From positions 12,640,249-12,686,062 of the forward strand of contig NC_069006.1 of assembly GCF_001194135.2 (NCBI RefSeq): a stretch of 45,814 nt of DNA. The letters run 5' to 3'. The notes beneath the pieces are model-generated. The model was not told the DNA's origin, searched no databases, and saw only the letters and a program-made list of their open reading frames with translations. Position 1 is the stretch's first letter; the number at the start of each line of letters is the position of its first letter. The position numbers were made by a program, and so were the translations under genes. Positions 33,360 through 45,814 of this stretch are shown here, one piece after another. Origin of the DNA: Octopus bimaculoides (taxonomy: Eukaryota).

Positions 33360-33764
33360 CCATCTCTATAACTCTGTCTATCTTTATATCTCTCTCTCCA
33401 TCTATCTGTCTCTCTATCTATCTCTATCTCTCTATCTATCTCTATATCTCTGTCTATCTATCTCTATATCTCTCTCTCTCTATCTCTCTATCTCTGTCTA
33501 TCTATCTCTCTATCTATCTCTCTATCTATCTCTCTATCTCTCTCTATCTATCTCTATATCTCTGTCTATCTATCTCTATATCTCTCTCTCTCTATCTCTC
33601 TATCTCTGTCTATCTATCTCTCTATCTATCTCTATATCTCTATATCTCTCTATATCCCTCTGTCTCTCTCTATCTCTATCTCTCTCTATATCGCTGTCTA
33701 TCTATCTCTGTATCTCTTTGTCTATCTGTCTATTTCTATATCCCTCTGTCTGTCTATCTCTCTA

Positions 33765-33795
<31 letters not shown>

Positions 33796-33910
33796 CTATC
33801 TATTTATCTATCTCTCCGTCTATCTATTTATCTATCTCTCCATCTATCTATCTATCTCTCTGTTTCTCTATCTATCTTTCTATCTCTATCTATCTATCTT
33901 TCTATCTATC
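33360..33910. repeat. Complex (TCTA)n/(TC)n microsatellite
   Basis: Directly visible, runs into a gap. Confidence 0.95.
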
Positions 33911-34491
33911 NNNNNNNNNNNNNNNNNNNNNNNNNNNNNNNNNNNNNNNNNNNNNNNNNNNNNNNNNNNNNNNNNNNNNNNNNNNNNNNNNNNNNNNNNN
34001 NNNNNNNNNNNNNNNNNNNNNNNNNNNNNNNNNNNNNNNNNNNNNNNNNNNNNNNNNNNNNNNNNNNNNNNNNNNNNNNNNNNNNNNNNNNNNNNNNNNN
34101 NNNNNNNNNNNNNNNNNNNNNNNNNNNNNNNNNNNNNNNNNNNNNNNNNNNNNNNNNNNNNNNNNNNNNNNNNNNNNNNNNNNNNNNNNNNNNNNNNNNN
34201 NNNNNNNNNNNNNNNNNNNNNNNNNNNNNNNNNNNNNNNNNNNNNNNNNNNNNNNNNNNNNNNNNNNNNNNNNNNNNNNNNNNNNNNNNNNNNNNNNNNN
34301 NNNNNNNNNNNNNNNNNNNNNNNNNNNNNNNNNNNNNNNNNNNNNNNNNNNNNNNNNNNNNNNNNNNNNNNNNNNNNTAATGTTAAACTTGGTTATTCCA
34401 GCTTCCCTCTCAGCTTCTTAGGGCTGTAAAAAGAGATTAAACTAAAACTGAGCTAATTTTGAAGCTTAAGTGAATAATAAGATTTCATGTC

Positions 34492-34868
34492 AGGTGCAGG
34501 AGTGGCTGTGTGGTAAGTAGTCTGCTTCTCAACTACATGGTCCCAGGTTCAATCCCACTGCATGGCACCTTGGGCAAGTGTCTTCTGTGATAGCCTTGGG
34601 CCAGCCAACGCCTTGTGAGTGGATTTGGTAGGCAGAAACTGAAAGAAGCCTGTCGTATATATACATGCGTGTTTATATTTTTGTGTCTGTGTGTCTCTGT
34701 CCCACCTCCATCGCTTGAGAACCAATGTTGGTGTGTTTCTGTCCCCATAACTTAGTGATTTGGCAAAAGAGACCAACAGAATAAGTCCTGAGGTCAATGT
34801 GTTCGACTAAAGGCAGTGCTCCAGCATGGCTGCAGTTAGATGACTGAAACTAGTAAAAGAATAAAAGA
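34492..34868 (+). mobile_element. SINE family A, full length
   Basis: Collinear with 8911-9296. Confidence 0.9.
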
Positions 34869-34871
34869 ATA

Positions 34872-35073
34872 TTTTGGCACAATGCCAGCAATCTTAAAAT
34901 GTGGGATTCAGTTGACTACATCGACCCCAGTACTTGACTGGTATCTTATTTTATCAACCCTGAAAGGATGAGGGACAAATTTGGCCCTGGTGGAATTTGA
35001 ACTCTGAACACAACGAGTCAGAAATACTGCTATGCATTTTGTCCAACACTAAAAATTCTGACAGCTTGCCCGC

Positions 35074-35106
<33 letters not shown>

Positions 35107-35240
35107 TTATAATAATAATGGTTTCAAAGCTCTACTGGTACTTATTTATTGACTCTGAAAGTATGAAAGATAGAGTTGACCATGGCAGAATTTGAACTCA
35201 GAACGAATGCCACTACACATTTTTCTCAACATGCTAATGA
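34872..35240 (-). mobile_element. Two SINE B copies, minus strand, abutting (AAT)n
   Basis: Reverse complement of the family B module. Confidence 0.7.
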
Positions 35241-35263
35241 TTCTGCCAGCTCATCACCTTTAT

Positions 35264-35298
<35 letters not shown>

Positions 35299-35300
<2 letters not shown>

Positions 35301-35850
35301 CCCTGATGCAGTACCAGACAGTGGCTTTCATGGCTTCTCATCTTAACTGATTGGAAGTGTTATCATGTAACATTGTTTTGTTTTGGTATAAAAGATGGCC
35401 TACAGCAAATATTCTGCTTAATACCACAGATTTGCTTGTCAGTTGTTTGACCTTAACCAGTTGAGCATGTCCTTTGGTGGCTGACGATATGTGCATCTCT
35501 AATCACAAGCAGAAGTAGTGGGGGAGCATCATGGCCATGTGTTGAGAGGAATTCTTTGGAGTTTGAATAATTCACCTTTGGAAACATGGGCATTTCGTTC
35601 AACATCCTTAACTCTTATTCAAGGACCTTTCTAGCGGAATGGCTACTTGACCTGAAGAAAATTCTAACTGGGCCCCACCTGCAAGGTTATGTGCTGTTTA
35701 TCATGATAGGAGATCACTATGTCGCACACATGGTTGTGTGCTGCATGTGCCTGGTGTACCCTTATCAGACAGGTAGTCATGATGGGTATACTGGGCGTTG
35801 TATATTTGTACCCCAGTGTCACTTTGATGGCATGCACTACTTTCTCACTC
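35299..35850. mobile_element. ~550-bp interspersed element flanked on both sides by (AAT)n (copy 2)
   Basis: Same ends as 13117-13663. Long (AAT)n on the left and degenerate (AAT)n on the right. Confidence 0.85.
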
Positions 35851-35877
35851 AATAATAGTAATAATAATGATAATAAT

Positions 35878-36562
35878 GGCTTCAAATTTTGCCACAAAGC
35901 CAGCAATTTCAGGGGTGAGGGTAAGTTGATAACATTGACCCCAGTGTTCAACTGGTACTTAATTTATTGACCCTGAAAGGATGAAAGGCGAAATCAACCT
36001 CAGTAGATTTGAACTCAGAACATACAGACAAAATATCACTAAGCCTTTTGCCCATGATTCTGTGCTAATGATTCTGCCAGCTTGCCAACTTAAAATAATA
36101 ATAATCCTTTCTACTATTGGTGCAAGGCCTGGAATTTTGGGAACGAGGATAAATTGTTTGCATTGACCCCAGTGTTTTACTTGTTTTAGTGACTCCCTCC
36201 GAAATGAAGTGTTTTGCTCAATAGCACAATGCACTGCCTGATCCAGGAATTGAAACCACAATCTTGCAATCATGGGTGCAACGCCCTAACCACTGGGCCA
36301 TGCTTATAAAGTCGAAAATACTGGTACTTGTCCAATATATAACTGGTATAAAGGCAGTGAGCTGGCAGAATCATGAGCATGCCTGGCAAAATGTTTAGCA
36401 ACTTTTTGTCCATCTTTACATTCTGAGTTCAAATTCTGCCGAGGTTGAATTTGCCTTTCATTCTTTCAGGGTCAATAAATTAAGTACTAGTTGAACACTG
36501 AGGATGATATAGTCAACTTAGCCACTCCCCCTAAATTTCTGGTCTTGTGCCAAAATTTGAAA
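35878..36562. mobile_element. SINE B (-) 35878-36090, chimeric D-head/B-tail SINE (-) 36108-36303, SINE B (+) 36351-36562
   Basis: Segment-wise similarity to the family B and D copies in this window. Confidence 0.65.
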
Positions 36563-36979
36563 CCAATATATAACTGGTATTTCGCTGAAATTTGAACCAG
36601 GAATATAGATGTTTGGAACTAGATGTAATGTATTTAATTTGATACTTACCCACCACCACAACAGAATTTAGATCCTAAACTTACATCACCACTGGTACTG
36701 CTGCTATCACATCCGTCAACATCCCCCACCACCACCACGATTACAGTACCAGTGATTCTGCCATCACCACCGTCACCACCAACAACACTACTGCTACTTC
36801 TTCAACACCTCCCCCATCCACCACGCACCACCACCACTGCCATCACCACTTTATTTACCATGTGATGATCTCATATTGATGTTTATTAAACGATCCCCAT
36901 TGATGTTGAAATTGGCTGTAATTTTACTGTTTAACATATTTTTCCTCTGACAATCACCAGATGGTGAGTGCATGTGTGT

Positions 36980-37028
<49 letters not shown>

Positions 37029-38244
37029 GTGTGTGTGTGTGTATATTTATATATATATATATATGTTTTTTTTCTCTCTCTCTTTTTAATANNNNNNNNN
37101 NNNNNNNNNNNNNNNNNNNNNNNNNNNNNNNNNNNNNNNNNNNNNNNNNNNNNNNNNNNNNNNNNNNNNNNNNNNNNNNNNNNNNNNNNNNNNNNNNNNN
37201 NNNNNNNNNNNNNNNNNNNNNNNNNNNNNNNNNNNNNNNNNNNNNNNNNNNNNNNNNNNNNNNNNNNNNNNNNNNNNNNNNNNNNNNNNNNNNNNNNNNN
37301 NNNNNNNNNNNNNNNNNNNNNNNNNNNNNNNNNNNNNNNNNNNNNNNNNNNTCCTACCCTCTCTCTCTCTCTTCTCCTTGTCTTCCTCTTTTATCTGTCT
37401 GTTAGTCTCACTCATTCTCTCAGTCTTCCCCCCCACCGCCTCTCCCCCATCTCCTGTCTTTTATTATTTAACTTTATTTCTCTTAGGTGACACTGTCAAT
37501 GTTTGTTTGACATCAATTTAATATATTATGATGTCGTTTAAATATCTGCACAGTTACAGCTTGTCACAACATTGCAAAAACCTGTTATGTCATCAGAAAT
37601 TATATTGTTCACACACACACACACACACACACAATCACAACAACAACAAAAAAATCATCATCATCATTTACTATCATTGTCCCTACCATCAGTATTGGGT
37701 GAAAAGCATAGTCAGTGGTGTCGTTAGAATGTGTACTGCCTGGGATAGCCCACCACTACCACCAAGTTTGTTACCACCCCCTATACAGGTTATACAACAT
37801 CCAAAACTACACCCATTGCCCCCCACTCCTTTATCTACTGCTTCTTAAGCCATGATGTTCGATGTTTGCAAGGAAAATCTACCTGTCAGTGTAGATCAAC
37901 TGAACTACCAATTCCAAAGAACTTTTAGAAATCCTTGGCCTGACCTGACACTATTACTACTCCTTAGTGACATTACCAGTTTGGGATAAATTTATCCAGG
38001 CTTGTCCAAGATGTATGAAGAGTCATTAAACCATTCTGCACTTGGTCAGTTGGTGTCTTGGCATTACTCGTTGCTAACTTGTAGATTTATGCTGGACAGA
38101 TGTTGTTGCATATTGGATGGCTCTGGCTATCAGCCAGAGAACAGGCTTTATCTATTACCTTTGAGGCAAATGAAAATTATTATTGGGGTTAAAGCCTCAA
38201 ACTTTCTGGCCTTGTTCCTGAATCAGAAATCATTGTTATTATTA

Positions 38245-39155
38245 CAGCGATGAACTAGCAAAACCATTAGCACACCAGGCAAAATGCTTAGCAGCATTTC
38301 ATCCATCTTTACATTCTGAGTTCAAATTCCGTCAAGGTAGACTTTGCCTTTCATCCTTTTGGGTTCAATAAATTAAGTACCAGTGAAACACTATGGTCAG
38401 TGTAATCAATTAGGTCCCTCCCAGCAAATTTCAGACTTTGTACCTTTAATAGAAAGGATTATTATTATTGTTATTGTTATTATTATTATTATTAAGGCAG
38501 CAAGCTGGCAGAACCATTAGCACACCAGACAAAATACTTAACAGCATTTCTTCTTACTCTTTATGTTCTGAGTTCAAACTCTGCAAGGATTGATTTTGCT
38601 TTTCATCCTTTCAGGGTTGATAAAATAAATCCCAGTTGTATACTGGGATCGATGTAATTGACTAAACCCATACCCCCCAAAATTCAGGTCTTGTGGCTAT
38701 AGCAGAATGGATAATTATTATTATTGCTTTAAGTTGACAGAATAGTGTGAAGGACAAAATTCTTCATGGTGTTTCTTCTGGCTCTATATATATTTTGTGT
38801 TCAAATCCTGCTGCGGTCAACTTTGCCATTTACTCTTTTAGGGTGAATAAAATAAAAAGTACCATTCAATAAAGTACAGTGTAACTGACTTGCCCCCTCT
38901 CCTCAGAACTGCTGGCCTTGTGCCAAAATTTGAAAACCCATTGTTATTATTACTAAGGTGACATGCTGGCAGAATCATTAGAATGCTTAGCAAAATTTCA
39001 TCCATCTTTACATTTTCAATTCAAATTCCACCATGATCGGTTTTGCTTTTCATCCTTTTAGGGGTCAATAAAATAAGTACCAGTTGAACATTGGGGGTTG
39101 GTGTAATCAACTTACCGCATGCCCTGGAATTGCTGGCCTTGTGCCAAAATTTGGA
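38245..39155 (+). mobile_element. Head-to-tail array of four SINE B copies with (ATT)n spacers
   Basis: Modules start at ~38245, ~38495, ~38725 and ~38955. Confidence 0.8.
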
Positions 39156-39253
39156 TTTATTATTATCATTATTATTATTATTATTATTATTATTCATCTC
39201 TCTATCTATTACATTTCTGCTGAGTTACCAGTCCTTTATATAAACTAAAAAAA

Positions 39254-39298
<45 letters not shown>

Positions 39299-40004
39299 GC
39301 TGCTAGAATTGTTTAAAGATGTCCACCAATGTCCATTTTGCTTTTCATTCTTTCAAGTCTTAGGCTTGATAGTATTGACTAAAAACCTGCCCCTCAAAAC
39401 TGCTCTCCCATCGTTGGGTGGTACTCTCTTATAGTTAAGTGCTACTCACCAATGGTTAGGTGGTACTTTCCTCATTGTTAGGTGATACTCTCCTGTAATT
39501 AGCTGTGTTCAGTCATGGTTAAAGTGGCACTCAAAGTTAAGGTGGTGCTCACTCATAGCTAAGTGGTATTCACCCATATGTGTTACTCAGTCATATTTCG
39601 ATGATATTTAATCAGATTCCAGATGTGACATTTCCTACAAGCTTATCTGTTCTTGTTGTGACACACACACACACATCTCTCTCTTCTGCCATGTCCCTGT
39701 CTCCATATATCAACCAAGTTTAATGTCAGCTGTTCTGTTAAATCTCTTTTGTTGCTGAGAGTTGACAAGAACATCAACAATATGACACCTTCGGAAACAC
39801 TGCTTACGTATTTGTATATATATATGAATATATGTCTGTGTGTGTGAGTATATGTTTGTGTGTGTGTGTTGAGAAAGAGAGAATATGGACATAGCATGAT
39901 TCAAAGGATTCCCTTTAGCATTTAGATAGTATTTAATCCAAATATGAACAAATGTACCAAGAAATAGTGTAATGTTTTCTGAATAAGCAGCTAATGTTTA
40001 TTAG

Positions 40005-40325
40005 GCACAACCGTGTGGTTAAGAAGCTTGTCTTGCAACTACGTTTCAGGTTCAGTCCCACCGCACAGCACTCTGGGTAAGTATCTTCTATCATAGCCCC
40101 CATGCAATCAATACATTGTGAATGAATTTGCTAGTCAGAAACTGTGTGGAAACCCTCTGTGTGTGTGTGTGTGTGTTTCTACCATTTTAAAACCCAGTGC
40201 TTGTTTGGCTACGTCCCTGTGACTTAGCAGTTCAGCAAAAGTGAACAATAGAACAAGTACCCGGATCGCTTTGTCTTGACTCAAACTCACCAATGGCAGT
40301 GCTGCAGACTTACTGAAACCAGCAG
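40005..40325 (+). mobile_element. Degraded SINE family A
   Basis: GGTTCAGTCCC B-box and family A body. Confidence 0.7.
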
Positions 40326-40616
40326 CAAGATAAAATATTGAAATCGGAGTTGGTTGTTTCACAGACGTCACGTTATCGCTGCAGTACTGTGGTAGTGGTG
40401 GTGGTGGTGGTGGTGATGTTGTGGTGATAGTTTCACTCACAGATTACATTACCTTTGTGGAATGATATTGGTGGTAGTTTGATGTTGGTAGTGATAATGT
40501 TGCTTGATGTCGCTATGATGATCTGGTGGAGGGATGGTAAGAATGATGATAGGGGTTGTAGTGAGAGTAGTAGAAACTGTGCAGTAGTGATTATTGCTGG
40601 TTGGAAAAAAAAAGTG

Positions 40617-40921
40617 GCTCTCCGTCGGTTATGACGACGAGGGTTCCAGTTCAACGGAAAAGCCTGCTCCTGAAATAAATGTGCAAAGTGGCTGAGCACT
40701 CCACAGATATGTGTAATCTTGACGTAGTTCTTAGGGAGATTAGCGTCTCACAAAATGTGACAGGGTTGACCCCTTGAATTACAGGTACAATTCATATTTT
40801 CTAGCTGAGTTGACCGGAGCAATGAAAAAATAGTCTTCCCAAGGACACAATGCGCTGCCGGGAATCGAACTCACGACCTTATGATTGTGAGTCGAATGCC
40901 CAAAGCACTAAGCCACACGCC
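40617..40921 (-). mobile_element. tRNA-headed SINE family D
   Basis: Minus strand GGCGTGTGGCTTAGTG (A box) ... GAGTTCGATTCCC (B box), then GTGTCCTTGGGAAGAC and a distinct body. Confidence 0.75.
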
Positions 40922-41224
40922 TTTACGGTAGTGGAAATAATGTGATGATGGTGGCGGTGTGGCTGTATTGGTAGTAGTGGAGTTAATGGCGTGGTGGTGC
41001 AGGAGCAGTGGTGGTAGTGACAATAGTACTACCACCACTTGTGTGATACAAATTTGAAAAATGACATGTTACAATAACAAGGACTAATAATGTTGGCCTA
41101 AGTTGTCGTCGCCGTCACCTTTTGTATTAGGGAGACTTTACTGTTTTTCTCTGCTACCTCTTTCCACCCTGCTATCTCTTTCTCTCTCTCCCCACCTCTC
41201 TCTGTGTGTGTGTGTGTGTGTGTG

Positions 41225-41268
<44 letters not shown>

Positions 41269-43139
41269 NNNNNNNNNNNNNNNNNNNNNNNNNNNNNNNN
41301 NNNNNNNNNNNNNNNNNNNNNNNNNNNNNNNNNNNNNNNNNNNNNNNNNNNNNNNNNNNNNNNNNNNNNNNNNNNNNNNNNNNNNNNNNNNNNNNNNNNN
41401 NNNNNNNNNNNNNNNNNNNNNNNNNNNNNNNNNNNNNNNNNNNNNNNNNNNNNNNNNNNNNNNNNNNNNNNNNNNNNNNNNNNNNNNNNNNNNNNNNNNN
41501 NNNNNNNNNNNNNNNNNNNNNNNNNNNNNNNNNNNNNNNNNNNNNNNNNNNNNNNNNNNNNNNNNNNNNNNNNNNNNNNNNNNNNNNNNNNNNNNNNNNN
41601 NNNNNNNNNNNNNNNNNNNNNNNNNNNNNNNNNNNNNNNNNNNNNNNNNNNNNNNNNNNNNNNNNNNNNNNNNNNNNNNNNNNNNNNNNNNNNNNNNNNN
41701 NNNNNNNNNNNNNNNNNNNNNNNNNNNNNNNNNNNNNNNNNNNNNNNNNNNNNNNNNNNNNNNNNNNNNNNNNNNNNNNNNNNNNNNNNNNNNNNNNNNN
41801 NNNCGCGTGTTCGTGTCTCCATGTTTTGTCATCGCATGATATTTGTGAACGCGTATCACCGTCATGCGAACTGTATCCTTCGTTTCTAGTCATTCTTAAA
41901 CGTGTCTGACCACGGGGACAGATTTACCTTACTTGGAAACCGGTGAAGATTGGCGACAGAAGGGCATCCTGGCGTAGATTTCCCTACAAATTCCGTCCGA
42001 CCCATGCGAACGTGGAGAGATAGACGTTAAAACAGTGTGCGTGTCTGTGTGTGTGTGTGTGTGCGTGTCAGTCACATAGTTAATTGGTTAGCTCAGCAGA
42101 TTGTTGTTTCGTGGTAAACGCGTTAATTTTATGAGTTCAATCTTTAGACAAATTCTAGCCAGAAATATCAGGATAAATATTTTTACAACGTTAAAGAAAA
42201 TTTCTGTGGATGAAATCATACACAGTACGTGACTGGCATGTATTTCACCTACTCCTTCACAGGCGCGTTTCTTGACTTTTAGAGGCCCTCTGAAACCTTT
42301 TATTTCGAGCCCCCAATCCCTTCAATCAAAATTCATGATCTACGCACCTTTTATTATTCATAGCATATTTTACTATATTCTATCTGAAGTTCAATATTTC
42401 ACGTTATCCTAGAGAACGTTCGTGGTACAATGCAATATTTTTACAAGAACTTTTACTGGTATAGTGTATTACCATTTTATTTCTTGAAATTTTCAGTTAA
42501 TATCGATAGTTTAATTCTTGTTCAACATCTTAAACCAAAGTAAATAGATGACTCATCTACGTACTTTGATCTTCACATGGGGTCCCTCAACCGCATAGGC
42601 TCCCAAGCGCACGCAGTGGTTGCAGGGGATTAGCGACGGCCCAGCTCCTGCAGGAATTGAACTCGGAATATAAACTGTCGTAACTATTTATACACTGTAA
42701 TGTATTTTATTCATTGATTCTGCTATCTTCCGCCCTCTCTCTGTCTCTTCTTATCAGTATAGGTTTTTGTGCGTAAAATCTATTTCTATATTTTATATAT
42801 AACAAAAAAAAAGTTACTTATCCAAGGGAGATAATTTATATTTGCATTAATAGTTATCTCCCTTATTCTGATACATCAATTCAATTTCGATTATACGGAA
42901 AAATGGGGTGGGGGTGGGTTCTTTTTTAATTAGATACGTTATTTTTTGTTAATTAAACTCGTTATGAGTTTGTGAACAAGGGTATGATCGATTGACTCCT
43001 CCTCACTGTATTACTGGTGTTATGGATGCTAGAAACAGTAGTCAAATATTACTCGAATTACACTCTACAGATATAAAGAATAACGGAGGACAGATATGTT
43101 TATAGTTTTGTGGATGCTGCTTTGATTACATCTCACATT

Positions 43140-43380
43140 TTTCTTGTTTGCCATTGGACTGTAGCCATGCTGGAGCACCACTTTGAAGGGTTTAGTCGAA
43201 CAAATTGACCCCAATGCCAAAGTCTGATACTTATTCTATCAGTTCCTGTCAGCAGAATCACTAAGTTACGTAAACAAACCAACACCGGTTGTCAAATGTT
43301 GAGGTGGGGGACAAACAAAGACACATATATATATATGACGGGCTTCAACACAGTTTTCATCTACCAAATTCACTCAGAAG
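43140..43380 (-). mobile_element. SINE family A, 3' part
   Basis: Reverse complement of the family A tail and body. Confidence 0.7.
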
Positions 43381-44984
43381 ATATTAATGTGTGTGTGTGT
43401 ATACATATATATATATATTTCTCCCTCGTACCTTTTCTTTCCTTGTGTGTTTACATTTAGAACGTGAATTCAGTGTAATATCTTGGTCAGCTGTTGAATG
43501 AAATAAGTTATGTAACTAATTTATGTAAGTTGGGTGGGAGGAAATGTTTAAAAGATTCTTATCTCTGTTGTCTTGGTAACAAAATCCTCAACTCCTTTGG
43601 CTCTCTCTCTCAAAAAATAAAAAACCATCAATTAGGCGTTATAAGCTTCTTGAAATTCACCAACACTACTCCAGTCGTACCTATACACCGTTTCCTCTCT
43701 ATGACTCAATGTTCACTTTTCTAGCCTTTTTTTTTTCCTGCTTTATTCCGTGAAGTAACCGAGCACATATTTCTAACTTTCATTGCTGTCTTCACTTGAC
43801 ACACCGTATTTACTTGTGTTTATAAATTGCCCCGCTTCTAATATGTATTACGATTAGGAGACCTAGCTCTATAAACTAGGGAGCCAGGTGAGCAAGATAT
43901 AATTACTAATTTAAAAACTATTGGTTTCAGATTTTTGCATTAGATCAGCAACTTTGTTGGAGGACTTCGAAAAGGATGAAAAGTAAAATCGATCTCCCGA
44001 AGACGGACGAAGTGCTTACGAATTTGCCAGCTCGCCGCCTTCTGATAATGTAATATTAAAAACAAGCCAAATTATCGCAAACTTAACCAAAAATTGCTTA
44101 CAGTACGCTGTATGACATAACTCATTATTTTTAGAAAGTCCAGTGCTGTGTAAGAGAAGGGAAGACGAATGTGGTGGTGGTGGTTGTTGATATTGGAGGA
44201 AGCTGGACAACCGTGGAAAAATATTGTTGTTTAGCACCAGATCAGCCTTCATCCAGCAGACCTCTGGTCATCCTTTTTTTTTTTTTCATTCGAGCATACG
44301 GCATCTACGACTACGTTATCTAACGTATGCTACTCTCCTTACCAATAAAAAGAAAAAATATTGTGTGGGCTGCTATTTCTAGCGACCACACAAAATTCGC
44401 TCGCTGGCCTTTGTTAGAGGGGAGGTAACTACGTTGGGAGCAAACTGATGATTCTTGGTCAGCCCTTGTCGACTCTGACCCTACCGGCCTGTGACCATCC
44501 TTTTAGAGCTGTGTTGAGATTTACATTATCTAATGTATCCTTTCTTTAGTTAAGGCGGCAAGATGTCCCGTATTTAATAGCGTATATATAATTCACACAA
44601 TTTTATAATTGATTTTTAACTGAAAAACCTGAGGTGTAACTTCTACACAGGTTAAAGCTGATTTCAAGTTTGAATATGGAGAGAACTTTGTACCGTGATT
44701 TAACACTAAATTAGGAATGTGTTTTGTATAGGAATAAATACGGTGGCTATAGAGGCATTAAGCTGTTCTCTCTAACATATTCAGTGATCATATACAGGTT
44801 TCTTCGTTCATTAAAATGATCTGAGACCTAGGATAACTGTGGTAAGAAGTAGGTCTTAATTTGAGTGTTACAGGTTTGGGAACATAAATGGCCGTCATAT
44901 TGCTGCCAACAGGAGCGAAAATGGAGGTGGTTTGGCCCCAGGTTAGTCTCGGTCTAGTAAATCTATTATTATTCCTAATTTTGG

Positions 44985-45160
44985 CATAAGGCAAGGTTGT
45001 TGGTCGGTTACGTTGGCCCCAGTACGACTGGTACTTTATTTTATCGACTCTGGTTGGAAGGATGAAAGTCAAATGTAACTTCAGCTAGATTTGAACTCAG
45101 AACGTACTAAGGTGAAAGAAATATCGCTCTTTGCACCAGCATTCTAACGTGTCTGCTAAT
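44985..45160 (-). mobile_element. SINE family B
   Basis: Reverse complement of the family B module. Confidence 0.65.
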
Positions 45161-45182
45161 CGGCAACATCTCATCTGGGGTG

Positions 45183-45814
45183 GGCTTGAGTGTGTGCTCC
45201 GGTCACTGGATCCACAATGTCGTTGATGGTTCACTGTCAGATGGCGATAACCTATGGCATTTAAATTATTATAAGCGGGCCACTCATCTGAATGAATTAT
45301 TGAACCTTTTTCACATTCTCTTTCAATAATTAGGATCAGACTGTTCCCGTCACGCCGTTACACACAAACGTATCGTCAGTCTGAGCCTTGTTTGAGACCA
45401 AAAGCCCACGGCCGATCAATTCTACGTCCATGGTTCCTAGTGTTTCGTTGTTCTGCATCACTGTCTTCGAAGAGAGGAGCGTTGTCACCATTCAACATTC
45501 TTCCTCAATTGTATTTTCGTCGACCAGCAAATTTTGCCTCGTCGATCTGAATGAGGTAATCGTGTGTTCCAACCATCTTCTCTCGTCGTACATGATAAAC
45601 TATGGCTCCACACACCTCTTGGCACATATTTACCTGTCAGTTATTGTATTTTTAGATTTTCCTGTTAGAGTCACTGCTGTGTTCATGGGTATATCCATAA
45701 CAAAGAAAAATATTCGTTCTAAAATCTCACTCAGGCTCAGCTTGCAGTTAAATTTGTTGTTCATGTTCGTATAATGAAAAAACTGGTTTCCTTTACAAAC
45801 TCAACGTTTAAGGT
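45183..45814 (-). pseudogene. Merlin (IS1016/ISXO2-like DDE) transposase relic, continuing beyond the window
   Basis: Minus-strand translation with stops and frameshifts: KLSLSEILERIFFFVMDIPMNTAV...LIQIDEAKFAGRRKYN*GR...PWAFG...GSIIHSDEWPAYNNLNAIGYRHLTVNHQ..VDPVTGAHTQA. These are the IDE / W.FG / IHSD.W.AY / H.TVNH / DP.TG.HTQ motifs of Merlin transposases. Confidence 0.85.

Noticed and set aside
37552-37596. Minus-strand CTGATGA-CATAACA..TGTTGTG-ACAAGCTGTAA hammerhead-like string
   Set aside because: Lacks GAAA and a stem I; could be chance.
45388-45774. 128-aa + strand ORF
   Set aside because: Antisense to the Merlin transposase relic; the recognisable motifs are on the minus strand.

Overview
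AT-rich, repeat-dense eukaryotic genomic DNA with 11 N-gaps. The SINE families and microsatellite style look like an octopus (coleoid cephalopod) draft assembly; this is an inference from repeat consensus recall, not a database match. No ORF in the supplied track is a credible intact gene. A phase-consistent chain of small + strand exons (19761-19838, 20731-20755, 21592-21714) suggests the window lies inside an intron-rich gene I cannot name. The rest is mostly four SINE-type families (tRNA-headed A, B and D; RTE-tailed C), mariner relics, hAT-type MITEs, a Merlin transposase relic with Merlin-like MITEs, a Penelope-like (GIY-YIG) relic, a fixed-length element sitting in (AAT)n tracts, and tandem repeats. 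The most notable signal is a group of unrelated fold-back palindromes in the first 11 kb whose arms encode hammerhead ribozyme (HHR) motifs. The clearest is a 220-bp palindrome (8071-8290) with two mirror-image type I hammerheads, one per strand, near a Penelope-like relic carrying its own decayed HHR.
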